DNA of 64,000 nt from the human T2T-CHM13v2.0 reference genome, Homo sapiens (GCF_009914755.1 NC_060942.1); one strand, 5' to 3'. Shown: positions 1 through 16,800, numbered from the stretch's first letter. The notes: generated by a model not told the origin, from the sequence alone. Translations and numbers: made by a program.

Positions 1-319
1 CTTAAGTAATATGATTATCGAGAATGTCAGGATAGCAGGAAAAATTATGTATTTTCAAAAACTCGTTTTCAAATATTAAACTTTTTTCATTCTCTCCCTT
101 TCAACTTATAAGAGTAATGCATGTACAGTAGGAAACATGAGAAATTTCAAAAGGCCAGAAGAATATAGAAAGAAATTAAAAATACTTGGAATCTTACTTC
201 TCAGAAATATACCCTGCAAGGTATTTTGAATTGTAGTTCATTTTTTTTTCCTGTGCAAATAAATAAATAAACTTTTAAAAATTCAACACAAGAGATCACA
301 TTAAAGATTTCCTCTAAAC

Positions 320-531
320 CAGTGGTCTTTCAACCAGAAGCAATTTTGTCCCCTTCATCCTGGAGATATTCAGCAATATCCAGAAGCACTTTTGGTTGTC
401 ACATCTTGGGGTGGGAGGGTTGCCTCTGGCATCTAGCGGGTAGAAACCAGGGATGCTGCTATATATCCTGTTCCAATAATTAAGAATTATCTGACCCAAA
501 ATGTCTATAGCATTGAGATAGAGATATCCTG
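320..531. mobile_element. MER20 (hAT-Charlie non-autonomous DNA transposon)
   Basis: cagtggtctttcaacc start; ggcatctagcgggtagaaaccagggatgctgcta and aagaattatctgacccaaaatgtc are MER20 hallmarks. Confidence 0.85.
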
Positions 532-1798
532 CACCAATCCATTACAGAACCAAAAACTTTACTAATTACAGTCTACTCCATACTGCAAACAATTACTGAG
601 TACCTGCCGTGGGTCTGTATATACAAAGATAAATATAATTCAGTCCCATCTCTGTTGAGTGTGGGTGATAGACAAGTACATAAACCTAAATGAGTAAACT
701 TTTTACTCACATCTCTTTTGAGACAAGGAGTCCTTTGAGTGGCTTAAGTCACTCAGTGCTTGAAACCTTCATTTCAAGGTTTATGAAAAGAACCTACATT
801 AGTCCTAGTCTGAGAAAGAGAGACACCTGAAGGTGGCAAGCCCCTAAACCATCCTATTCTTGGCTCCACTCGACCCTTATCCTGCCATTCCCATGGCTGG
901 CCTTCTGCTCTCCACTCTCAGTTGTAGGGTCACAGGGGAGGAGATTAAGTCAACATAATAATATATTTACAAATCACATAATTTCTATAAAATTTGAGTT
1001 GTTTTTTGCCTTGATTCCTAGAATTTAAAAAAGTAAAACAAGAACAACAGCAAAACTTGTGATCTGTTCAGAAAATGTGTCACAACAAAGAAATAGCAGT
1101 GGCTGACACTTTTGACAGATTCCCAATCAGGAGTCAGGGGTTGTGCTGTTTCACCTCTATCACATTATTCAATCCTCCCAACCTGAAAAGATGGCATAGC
1201 TGGCCCCAAATCTCAGCAAGGACACTAAGGTCTGGAGATGGGGGCGGACTGCCCAGTACATGCAGTCTATCAGTGGTGGAACCAGGAGATCACTGCCATT
1301 GGGCCTGCAGCTGTGGAGCCAGCCGCTTCTGGATCTACCTTACTGCCCAGGTGAGCATGCTGCAGAGTGAATCTCAGGCCATGCCCACCACATCTGCCAT
1401 CTCGTCTTCACCAACTTGCTTCCAACAGGTGAGCACCCATTGGGGTCTTCAATGGACTGGCCCCCCCTAATTTCTCCAACCTATTAATCTTCTTTCTTCA
1501 TTGTCCTTTTCTTCAGCTTAGGCTGAAATTGACTTTTTTTTTTTTTTTTTGTCTTGCAAATGCTCCACATCCCCTTATTTCTCTGTCTTTTCTTTGTGAT
1601 CATTTGGCAAAAATGGCAGTCGGGAAGAGCCTCACTACCTGCTCTTCCTGTGCGTGCATAGGCTGTCATGAAGGCAGAACGTGTCCACAAATGGTTCCTG
1701 CTTACCAAGCACAGAGAGGTCCAGCACTCGCAGCCACACTATATACCCTTGCTTTGGTTTACCTGCTTTTCTATGCGCCCAGTGGACTGTTTCATTCT

Positions 1799-3857
<2,059 letters not shown>

Positions 3858-5455
3858 GCTCCAATACTTGTGCTCTTAACCACAATGCAAATACAGATCT
3901 ATGTTTTTGAGTTAAATTATAGGAAAATGACTTTTTAAATCTCACTTCTCATGACCAGGATTTTCCAAAGCTTTTCCCCTAAAAAATCATGCACTTCTGT
4001 ATTTCTTTCCTTTGACCTCACTACAGTTTGGTTGACTGTCTGAAATTCAGTTTTGCACACAGGGTACTTGCTCCATAAAATATATGTTGAATGGCTGAGC
4101 AAAAGACTTGAGTAAAAGGATCCTTTAGCAGGTTCATTATTTTATAATGTATATTCATTGAATCAAAGTTTAAATATGAATGTCTTCTCAAGAGCATTAG
4201 TAAGGGATAGCTACTTTTGTTTTTAGGGGACCTTGGGAGTAGGCAAGATTCGGAATTGTGTTTGGAATATAAGTGCTCAGATGACTGCTTTAAGAATAAT
4301 CTGTATAAAAATGTGCTAAAAGAACATTAATATTGATATACAGCACTAGTTCTCTGAAGCAAAGTGAAAACACGTCGATGATTCCTTACCCTCTGATGAA
4401 AATACACATCTTTCATTTGAGTCTGTGTTCATGCCATGGTCACAAATGGATGTGGTGGGGAACTGCCCTATCTATCTCTTTTTTTGTCTCAAACTGGCAT
4501 GTAAGAAGGTGTTTCTCAAGTGGAGTTAACTAACGTTGGAGACTCCAGCCTCTGCTGCCAAACAGGACACTAGCCAACATGCTGGCTTCCATGGTGAATA
4601 AGAAGTAGAGGTGTTGGTGCCAGTAGCCAGCCATGAGTTGTGTGGGACTATGAAGGTTATCTACACTCTCTGCACTGCAGTTTCTCCATGGTTAAAAGAA
4701 AAGAAAAAGAAAGGGGAAAACAGGGAGGGAACAAGGAAGAAAAAGAGGAAGAAGAGGAGGGGAAGAAAAAAATATGAGTCATCTTGGAGAGCTGTGGGAA
4801 TAAGCACCATGAAGCCTAGCACAGAAGAGGTCTGCCCTGCCTTCACCATGTCTTCTTCCCATCCTTAAGTGGTTTATTAGAAGAGTAACTTTTGTACCTA
4901 AAGACCATAGAATTTTGCTTTCAAATAACTAAGCTATTTTTTCCAGTTCAACTCTCCACAATCTATTTTCCTGTGCATTTACTTTACATCTCCCCAGAAG
5001 ACTTACTAAGTGTCTTAATAAGCCCTCAGGCCACCTGCTGGTGGACAACAGTTCTAGCTGACAACCACCACTATAGCTCATAAGCCTTGCATCCTTTTTT
5101 CCTTCCTTTCTCCATTTTTCTGACTAGTGCTTGGAAAAGAAGAAAGCAAAAACAATAGTGGCTTTGCAGTTTGTATTATTAAAGTACAGTTTCAGAAAAG
5201 TAACTTTGCACCAGATCATATACAGAGGGAACCCCATCAGGCTAACAGCAGACCGTTCAGCAGAAACCTTATGAGCCAAAAGGGATTGGGGGCCTACTTT
5301 CAGCACTCTTAAGTAAAAGATATTTCAACCAAGAATTTCGTATCTCACCAAATTAAACTTCAAAGGCAAAGAAGAAATAAAATCTTTTCCATATAAGCAA
5401 CTGCTAAGGAATTTGTTGCATCTAGACCAGCCTTACAAGAGATCCTTAAGGAAGG

Positions 5456-5803
5456 TGTATTAATCTGTTTTCACGTGGCTGATAAGGACATACCTGAGAC
5501 TGGGCAATTTACAAAAGAAAGAAGTTTATTGGACTTACAGTTCCACGTGGCTGGGGAGGCCTCATAATTACGGTGGAAGGCAAGGAGGAGCAAGTCACAT
5601 CTTATGTGGATGGCAGCAGGCAAAGACGGTTTGTGCAGGGAATCTCCCATTTTTAAAATCATCAGACCTCATGAGACTCACCATCATGAGAACAGCATAG
5701 GAAAGACCTGCCTCCATGACTCAGTCACCTCCCACTGGGTCCCTCCCACAACATGTGGGAATTCAAGATGAGATTTGGGTAAGGACACAGCCAAACTACA
5801 TCA
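5456..5803 (-). mobile_element. THE1 solo LTR (ERVL-MaLR) inserted into L1
   Basis: tgtattaatctgttttcac...cagccaaactacatca termini; 5-bp TSD gaagg/gaagc. Confidence 0.9.
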
Positions 5804-6797
5804 GAAGCCTACACATGGAAATTAAAGAACAATATCTTCTACCACAAAAACACAGTTATGTACATAGCCCATAGACCCTAAAAAGCAACCACACAATAGG
5901 AACTACAAAGCAACCAGCTAACAACTTCGCAGTAGGATCAAAATCTCATATATCAACATTAACCCTGAATGCAAATAGTCTAAAACTCTCCACTTAGAAG
6001 GCACAGAGTTGCAAATTGGACAAAGAAACATGATAATTCCATCTGCTCTCTTCAAGAGGCCCATCTGACACATAATGACACCCACAGAATCAAAGTAAAG
6101 AGGTGGAGAAAGATCTATCATGCAAGCAGAAAACAAAAATAATATAAGAATAGCAGAGGTTGTTATTCCCATATTAGATAAAACAGACTTTAAACCAACA
6201 ACAGTTAAAAAAAAAGTGGATGGCAAAGTAGGGTATTACATAATGATAAAGAGTTCAAGTCAACTAGAAGACTTAGCTATCCTAAACACATATGCACCCA
6301 ACACTGGGGCACCCAGATTCATGAAACAACTACTTCTAGACCTACAGAAAGACTTACACCATCCCACAATAGTACTGGAGGACTTTAACATGCCACTGAC
6401 AGTGTTAGACAGATCATCAAGGCAGAAAACTAACAAATAAATTCTGGACTTGAATTTGATAGTTGACCAAGTAGACCTAATAGGCATCTACAGAATACTC
6501 CACCAATCAAAACAGAATATGCATTATTCTCATTTGCACACAGAACACATTCCAAGATAAACTACATGATTGGCCATAAAGCAAGTCTCAATAAATTAAA
6601 AAAAATTAGTAATCATACCAACAGTACTCTCAGACCACGGTGGAATTAAAATAGAAATCAATACCAAGATCTCCCAAAACCACACATTACATGGAAATTA
6701 GAAAACTTGCACCTGAATGACTTTTAGGTAAATAACAAAACTAAGGCAGAAGTAAAAAAAAGTCTTTGAAATAAATGAAAACAGAGATACAACTTAC

Positions 6798-6824
6798 CCA
6801 AACCTCTGGGATGCAGCACAAGCA
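6798..6824 (-). CDS. L3MBTL4: Alternative 27-nt L3MBTL4 micro-exon from antisense L1 ORF2, encoding VLVLHPRGL
   Basis: acttttctcttcacag|TGCTTGTGCTGCATCCCAGAGGTTTGG|gtaagt; phase 1-1, in frame after the 71-nt exon; matches a 9-aa insert I recall in one L3MBTL4 isoform. Confidence 0.8.
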
Positions 6825-7867
6825 CTGTGAAGAGAAAAGTTTATGACATAAACACTTACCTCAAAAAGTTAGCAAGATCTCAAACTAACAATCTAATATC
6901 ACATCTAGAGGAACTAGAAAAACAAGTATAAACTAACCCCAAAACTAGCAGAAGAAAAGAATTGACTAAAATCAGAGCAGAACTGAACAAAATTTAGACC
7001 CAAACATACATACAAAGAATCAACAAACCAAAAGTTAGTTATTTGAACAGATAAACAAGATTGATAGACAGCTAGCTAAATTAACAAAGAAACAGAAAAT
7101 CCAAATAAGCACAATCAGAAATGACATAGATGACACTACAACCAATCCCACGGAAATAAAAAAAAATCCTCAGAGACTATTATGAACATCTCTATGCACA
7201 CAATCTGGAAAATCTAGAGGAAACTGATGTATTCCTGGAAACACATAACCTCCCCAGATTGAATCAGGAAGAAATTGAAACCTTGAGCAGACCAACATCT
7301 AGTCCCAAAATTGAACTGGTAATAAAAATCTTACCAACCAAAAAAAGCCCTGGAGCAGATGGATTCACAGCCAAATTCTACCAGATGTACAAAGAAGAGC
7401 TAGTACCAATCCTACAGAAGCAATTCCAAAAAATTGAGGAGGAGAGACTGACTCCTCCCTAACTGATTCTACATAGCCAGCATCACCCTGATACCAAAAT
7501 CTGGCAAAAACACAATGAAAAAAAAGATTTCAGGCCAATATACCTGATAAATATAGACACAAAAATCCTCAGCAAAATACTAGCAAACTGAATCCAGCAA
7601 TACATCAAAAAGTTAATTCACCAGAATCAAGTAGGCTTCATTCCTGGGATGCAAGGTTGGTTCAACAAATGCAAATCAATAAATGTGATTCACAGCATAA
7701 ACAGAATTAAAAACAAAAATCATATGATCACCTCAATAAATGCAGAAAAAGCCTTTGATAAAATCCAACATCCTTTCATGTTAAAAACCCTCAACAGACT
7801 AGTCATCAAAGGAAAATACCTCAAAATAATAAAAGCCATCTGTGACAAACCCACAGCCAACATCTGA

Positions 7868-8023
<156 letters not shown>

Positions 8024-8584
8024 TAAGTCAAATTATCTCTCTTTGCTGACAGTACGATTCTACACCTAGAAAACCCTAAAGACTCTACCAAAAGCCTCCT
8101 AGAACAGGTAAACAACTTCAGTAAAATTTCAGGATGCAAAAACCAATGTAGAAAAATCAGTAGCATTTGTACACACCAATAACATTCAAGCTGAGAGCCA
8201 AATCATTTCAAATAGCTACAATAAAAATAAAATAGCTAGGAGTACCTAGGAGGTGAAAGATCTCTATAAAGAACTACAAAACACTGCTGAAGGAAATCAT
8301 ACATGATATAAACAAATGGAAAAACATTCCATGTTCATGGATTGGAAAAATTAGTATCATTAAAATGGCCATACTGCCCCAGGCAATTTACAGATTCAAT
8401 GCTATCCCTATCAAACTACCAATGTTATTTTTCACAGAATTAAAAAATATAATTCTGAAATGTATTTGGAACCAAAAATAGCCCAAATAGCCAGAGTACC
8501 CTTAAGCAAAAAGAACAAAACTGGAGGCATCACATTACCCAACTTCAAATTATACTGTAAGGCAACAGTAATCAGAATAGCATT

Positions 8585-8966
<382 letters not shown>

Positions 8967-9080
8967 TCAGTAAAGCTGGGATAGCTGACTAGCCATATGC
9001 AGAATGAAACTAGACCACTACATTTCACTATATGCAAAAATTAACTCAAGATGGATTAAAGATTTAAATGTAAAACCTCA

Positions 9081-9224
9081 GCATGGTGGTTCACACATGT
9101 AATTCCAGCACTCAGGGAGGCAGAGGTGAGGGGAGAGCTTGAGCCCAGGCGTTTGAGACTTGCCTGGGCAACAGAGGAAGACCCCGTTCTCCAAACAAAA
9201 GAAAAAAAAAGGCAAAATAGAAAA
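9081..9224 (+). pseudogene. BC200 (BCYRN1)-type retrocopy (monomeric Alu domain plus A-rich domain) nested in L1
   Basis: BC200-like positions that differ from generic FLAM/Alu: ctcagggagg, gagagcttgagccc, gagacttgcctgggc, accccgttctcca, then aacaaaagaaaaaaaaaggcaaaa. Confidence 0.78.
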
Positions 9225-11188
9225 GAATCTTAGAAGAAGACCTAGGAAACACCATTTTCTGAATATTGGCCTTGAATTTGACTAAAAAGCAATTGCAACG
9301 AAAACAAAATCTGACAAGTGGGACCTAATTAAACTAAGAAGTTTCTGCACAGCAAAAGAAATTATCAATAAACAGACAACCTACAAAATGGGAGAAAATA
9401 TTCTCATACTGTGCATCCAACAAAGGTTTAATGTCCAGAATCTATAAGGAACTTAAACAAATCAACAAGCAAAAATCAAATAACCCCATTAAAAAGTAGG
9501 CAAAATGCATGAACAGACATTCCTCAATAGAAAACATACAAGTACCCATCAACAGTGGATTGGATAAAGAATATCTGGTACATATATATCATGGAATACT
9601 ATGCAGCCATAAAAAATGAAATCATATCTTTTGCAACAACGTGGATGCAGCTGGAGGCCATTATCTTAAGTGAATTAACACCAGAACAGAAGATCAAATA
9701 CTGCATGTACGTGGTTATAAGTGGGAGTTAAATATCACGTACTCATGGACATAAAGGTGGCAAAAATAGATACTGGAAACTAATAGAGGGAGGAGGGAGG
9801 AAAGGGGGCAAAGGTTGAAAAACTAACTATTGGGTGTTATGTTCAGTACTTGGGTGATGGGATTATTCACGCCCCAAACCTCAGCATCATGTAATATATC
9901 CGTATAACAAACCTGTACATGTAACCCTTGAATTGAAAATAAAAGTTGAAATTATTTTGAAAAAGGAAAGTAACTGCACACAAAGCTCAATTTGTAATTG
10001 CACAGAGCACACCTCTGCAATTCTCTCATGTTCTTTATTTGTTAATACAAATTTTTAACTGATCAGGATGTGAGCTAGCAAAATTCTATCGCAAAACATA
10101 GGTGAGAGTTCAGGAAGGCAGTAAATACAGGATACTGAGTATTATAAGTAAGAAATTACCCACAATACTCATGCTACTCAATTGGGCATAATAAGAGGCC
10201 AAACTTTTTTTAAAAAAATTATAAAGTGACATAGTGACAATGCGACATGGGAGGGTACTGGGTCAAAAGATGGATGCAAAGTTAATTATCTGTATCCCTT
10301 TCCTCTGGATAAAGAACTTGCGTAATCTGACTTCTCACCAAATCCTGTTCTCCCCTCATACTCTCCCACACGATGTCAGGGAAACGCTTTAGGACCATAT
10401 AAAATCCTGGCTGATTTAGCTTTAGCATTTTCCTTTGAATAGAAACTGTAAAAACTAGTTACATTCACCATTCTGAAAAGCAATTAACCTTGTAGACTTT
10501 ATAATGATAAAAATATTAATAAATTCACTGTGTAATTTTTACAATTTAAGAGCAAAGTTCCATAGTCTTTATAAATGGTTATACCCTCTATTATTACCTG
10601 TGCACAATAATTTCTAAAGTATATAGCTTAGGGCAACTCAACAAAATCAATGCCTAATATTTTCCAAAATGCAAATATAATCTGATGCCAGTGTGCTCTC
10701 ATATTTTCTATTTGAATAAAATTCAGTAGCTCCATGGGCTGCTGCTGTGAAGTGTATGACTTCCGTTTTTTAATGAAATTTTTTCTCTTCTTCTCTTAGG
10801 GAAATAGCATGGGTCTGAAATGAGTTCTGGAGAGAGGGAGACAAAGCTAAGGGGGGGAATTTTTTATTCCTCCCAGCTCATAATGGGAAAAATAGAATAA
10901 GAAGCAAATTTTGTTGTAGAATGTGTATTGATCTGTTCTTAATGTGCTACATATTGAAGAATTCTGGACATGTGATATCAACACAGTTTGTGATCCTGTT
11001 TTTCTCTGGCCTCAGGTCTCTGGGGAAGCCGATGTGAGAGGTGCTGGTGGCAGCTGCCGCCAGGTCAGTGCTAGGCTGCAAGAGCCTGTGATGTTGATGC
11101 ATGGACACCTTCTCAGCCTGAGGGAGGCACATCCCGCAGAACTCCTTTTGCTAGTATTCCACACTGTGTCTTTAGTGTATGCTAGTCA

Positions 11189-11675
<487 letters not shown>

Positions 11676-13432
11676 TCAGTGGATGATTGCGGCCCTTTCT
11701 TCAAAATGTCGGCAGTGGATTGGGCGTGTTCTGTGACTGTGGTGGAGACAATGACTGTGGCCCTGGGTGGAGCCACCACCTTCCTGTATTTGTGGGACTG
11801 TCTGAGGAGGTGGTGCCTGTGCTAAGGGAAGGTTTCCTCCTCGGAGTGGTGAGCTGTGTTCACGGACCCCGGCACCGTAAGAGCCTATTTTTCAGCATGG
11901 CGTTCACTACACTACCTTAAGAATTCTTGGCTTGGCAGGATGAGTGTTAATAGTGGGGGAGAACTGAAAGTGGCCACTGTGGGGCTGGAACAGATATCAC
12001 AGAAAACACCAGAGGAGTCTTGTAGAATTTCCCATCAGTAGAGACTCTGTCTCATTCAACATTGATGGTGCGTCTTTGGCTATTGAGCTCTGAGGTGTTT
12101 CCCTTGCAGTTTCCCTAATACCAATTGTTCAGTGAGAACATTTCTACTTTAGAAATGGGTTTTTTGAAAAGCAACTGGAGGCAGCTCCAAAGGCTTTGTA
12201 AGAACTTAGAGAAATATTTAGTAATGACTAAAAATTTCCTTTAAGTCGACTTCATAAGCATTTTCTCTTTGATGTTTTGATTTTTAAATTATGAATATAC
12301 ATAGCTACTGATAGCATGCTACCAACTGGAAATTCCTATTAACTGGCATGGTCGCATGGATAAATACAATTTAAAGTGATGTTAAAACAATGGCTCTGAA
12401 GTTAAGTCTACAGAGTGCTTTCTGAATCACAAAGCAATACAAATATGTTCAGCATTTTTCAGTATCAAATTAATTACACATTTTCAGAATATGGCAGTTT
12501 ATATATAGCTAACTTTTAATAAAGAAATATATTGGATTGTAATAACTATGAATCAGTACTTACTCCCTGCCAGTTGCTGGCTACAGTGAACAGTGGGGCT
12601 TACTGCACTTCTACGCCTCTTGTGGAATAACAAATATCAGTCTTCAAACATTTAAGCAAATGAAAATAAAGGTCAAATATCCTTGTTTGCCCTTTGCAGC
12701 TGAAAGGGCAAGTTACACAATTCTTATGTATTTTTCCATCTAATCTTCTGAGGAAAGAAAGAGAATCTGAATTTACGTTTTGCAAATGGCTCACTTTTTC
12801 TTACTTTGCCAATAGTGGAGAATTTTCTGTTTCAAGACTCAGTGCGTTAGTAGGCTAATGGACATAAAGAATTCCAACACTGCTAGTTCTCAGGGAAAGA
12901 ACAGGCCAACAAAATGGAAAATGTACTGCAGTGGACGAAATCGTGCTATACAAATGGAGTGCTGTAAATCCCTAAACTACAGTGCACACTTGTTGGCAAG
13001 GCAGAAACATTCACAATTCAGAGGATTCCAGCAGGACGTCCCGTTAATTTGTATTTCCCAGAACAAATTTATCATTCGGAAGAACAAGTCCAATAAACAA
13101 ACGTTGATTATCAACCAGTCCTTGTTCATTGTGTCTTTCTATTTTTAAATGGTAGAAGGAGTGTCATGCATTTCCAGCTAGTGTTGGCTCTTCACAATAC
13201 ACTATGCTAAGACAGTAAAATAATTTCTAATCTAGTTAGGTGTGTTAGTAAAGCATCTGCTTGCATAGCTAAAATACTAATTTGTGATGGCAATAAACAT
13301 AGAGAAAGAGGCAAGGGACTTATTTTCAGAAATGCTACAAAATTCACTCAGTACTGAGTTTCCACTGCAGGACTGGAACTGGGTTAGACTAAGAGGATGC
13401 GAAAATAAGTGAAGATTTCCTGCTTATAAGAA

Positions 13433-13876
13433 TGTGAAAGTTGCTGGTACCAAAATGGAGTCACTTATGTCCAATCCTAACGAAATGGATACAGGAGGCC
13501 ATGAAGGGAAGGCCCTCATGCACATTTGTCTGATAACTGGTACTATCACAAAAGGCTGCCAACACCACAACCTTCACAAAGGCCATCGCAACCTTGCACA
13601 AAGATTACTTCTGTGAGGATGCCTGCTCATTAATGGCCTGTTCACTAATAGACTGACTCACCCTTGTTATTAATACTTGTAGCCAAGGATAGTTGCTTCA
13701 AAACAACGAATGCAACTGCCCTCCTTTCCCCTTTAAAAACCTTGCCTTCCTTTGCTTCTCTGGTTGCGCCTATGGTCCACTGCAGCATGCGTATCCTAAT
13801 GACAATTTCTTGCTATTCCCCAGTAAACTCTTTCTTTGGAGAGCTTGTCTCCCTCTGTTGTTATTTTAAGTTGATG
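13433..13876 (+). mobile_element. MER65-like ERV1 solo LTR
   Basis: Starts tgtgaaagttg...caaaatggagtcac; TATA-like tttaaaaa and agtaaa; ends ...ttgatg; 4-bp TSD agaa/ggaa. Confidence 0.75.
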
Positions 13877-16800
13877 GGAAGTTCACAGTCTAGTGGGCAC
13901 ATAAATGATATGTTCAATAAAGGCAGATGACCTAAATATGTGAAAAGTGACTGAAAAAAATCATGGCGTGCAAATGCTTTTGCAAAGTCTAATTGACATG
14001 CTTAGGTTAAGTTCTATACTTCAGAATGTATAAAAGACATTTTTTGCCTGTTTTTGCCAGGTGCTAGCAAACACAACACCTCTCTTCTGATGTTGCTCTT
14101 CAAGTCCCTCTGCTTCTTTCCTACCTGGGAGATAGAGGCTCTCAATGCTTTTGTGTGTTTGTCCATTCTTAGTGATAACATCTTCCCCACTAAAGACTCT
14201 CTAAACTCCATCTTTACAGCACTGTAGATCTTAGTATGCGAAACTGATGGACTGAGACACCTGACTCAGCCTGCATCGTCACAATTTTTTTTTCTTGGCA
14301 AACAGATTGTCTCATACATTGCTGTCACTTAAGTCCCCCAGAGTGCCCACCGGCTCGCATTAGGAGGCAGTGCAGGATGGCAGTCCAGTACAGGCTCTGT
14401 AGTAAGACCTGGATTCAGTCCCTGGCTCCATCCCTGAGGTGTGGAGTCAGGGGTATGAAAGTCAATTCCTGTACCTTAGTTTCCTCTCTCTGTGAGAATA
14501 TCAAATCAGATACTCCCTCCAGGGGTTTACCACACTCAGTACTCTTACTGCCAGTGAATGGAACCACTTAGCAAACATCCTTCTTTTCCTCCGAGGCCCT
14601 CTGCCCTCGCCCCCGCCCCTTCCCTGACACTTCATTCCCCTCATCCTTTGGATCTGGGCCATGTCACTTTCCCAGAGACAGGCCCTGATCTCCCAGCCCT
14701 GTGCTGCCCTTGCCTGGCACTTATCTCAGCTGTAACCTCAAACAGATTAACGCTTCGCCACAGAGCTCCACAACAGCTCAGACCAGCGCTGCTCTTATTT
14801 ACTGTGGTATGGCCTGTGCCTAGAATAATGCTGGGTATGTAAAGAATATGTCCTGGATGAACCCATGAATGATGCTGGGACCACAGACATGGTTCTGTGG
14901 AAATGCCGCAAGGCCCCTGCATGGCCAGGGAGGTGGCACCACACAACTGGGCTTCGGGCTCTTTTTCCCTTTCCCTGAAGCTCAGCTTCCCTCTGCTTCA
15001 CTTACAGGTTATTCCACATGAATCCACTGGAAGACACTAAAATACAGTTGAAAACACCTGGTTTTAAGCCTCGTTCAGAGGAATTGCACCTTTAACCTCA
15101 GGAATCTGTGAGACAGTATGACTAGATACCTTAGCGCTGTCCATTTGGAGAAGCAAGTCAAATTTCATCTCATGCCTATTTTCAGTGACTAGTTATATCA
15201 TCCTGAGTTACATATGAAAGAGAAACCATTTTAGTCATCCCAACTTCTCTTATGAATTTCCTAGATGTTCATGATGTTTAAAGATATTTTAACCTTTGGC
15301 ACAATGAAGCCCCCCAAAGAAAATTTCTGACATTTTGGACATTCATTCTCTGATTAATTTATATTGTTAATGACATCTGATATTATGACCATGTTCACTT
15401 TGCTCAGACCTCATTATCTTTCAAATCACTAGGCTTAAAAGTTGTCAAGGCTGGGATAGAGGTGTAGGGTTCTATGCCCCAACCGTTAAGAGGAAGAACC
15501 ATTCACCTGACCAGATATATTTGAAAGTAAGTTTTCTTCGATAGTATGTTAAAGGCACAGATTGATTGATTGATTGACTGATTGATTTTTTTGCTGGGGC
15601 AATCTAGACAGCTTGGTCAGCAAAGGTTTTTTATATTAAGGCTAAATAGAAAACAATGCTCAAACAAGAGTTACAACTTTGAAAACTTGTTATTCTCCAA
15701 CCCTCATGTTAACAGAAGTGATTTTAAAAACCATCTTTTGATACAAAATATAATAAGGAAACAATTAAAAACCTCTGCAATTTAGCCAAGCACAAAGCAT
15801 CATCTCACAGTGGTCCGGGGGAGGGGTGCCCAGTGCCAGAGAAACAGTGACTGAGTTGGAACCCAGATTCTCAGACCCCCAGGGAAGGATCCTTCCACTA
15901 TTATACTTCATGATATGTATGTGAATCACAGATGACTAAGCTTTTGTCCTCAGCCTCTTCTCTGTATAAGGGACTTTGTGTTTATTTTTAAAGCATACTA
16001 ATATCAACTGTGAACCATAATCTAATCACTATGCAAGTGGCTATAAGGCGATGACCTCAGAGTTGCACTGGTCAGCCAGGCGGAAAACGCCTCAGTGTTT
16101 CGGGGGGAGTGGTAGTTTCCTCTACTTTGTTTTAAAGCATGGATTTGGGTTGATATGTCCATATTTCATTAAACTAAAAGGAATCTGGGCTGTAAAATTC
16201 ATTAACAGTGAGACAGCGATTCTGTCATTTCCAAGAAGAAATTTCTGGCCAAGCAGAAAGGCATTCTTCTTAAGAAAAAAGAGACTGTCATTAAACAAAC
16301 AAGCATGTCAGAGACACTGAAATGGCTTTTGCCTTCGGACTTCAGCGCCAATCTATTCAGCACAAAGCAAAATTCTCAAAGTTTCAGCAGAAGTTTGCTT
16401 TTGTGTTTGAGCAAGAACTCAGCAGTAGTCAGACAGGAAGCAAAAGTCACTGCATCCTGAGCACACACACCACATGGGCCCCTGCTAGGCAGGAGGCACT
16501 GGGCAGGAGGCTCCCTCTGAAGTGTTATTAGCCTACTTCCAATGAATTTATGGAGAAATGTCTGAGTGCTGGTCAGACCTTTATATATAGTGTGCCTTAT
16601 TTTTAATGCCCTTTCTTATGCACTCAGCTGCTTTGAGAGGTAGAGAAAGGCTCTCTATGCGACAGGCAAGGAGACTCAGGCCCACCCCCAGGGCTCAGCC
16701 ACAAAGCGAGTTTGTGGCTGGGCTTAAAGTCAGGTCTCCAACCCCACTTCTAATGGCACTTTCCGTGAAACCACACAGTCAGTTAACTCCGTGGGTGTCC

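Noticed and set aside
12980-13145. Minus-strand frame resembling a terminal exon (NEQGLVDNQRLFIGLVLPNDKFVLGNTN-stop)
   Set aside because: Poor acceptor context and no recognisable homology.
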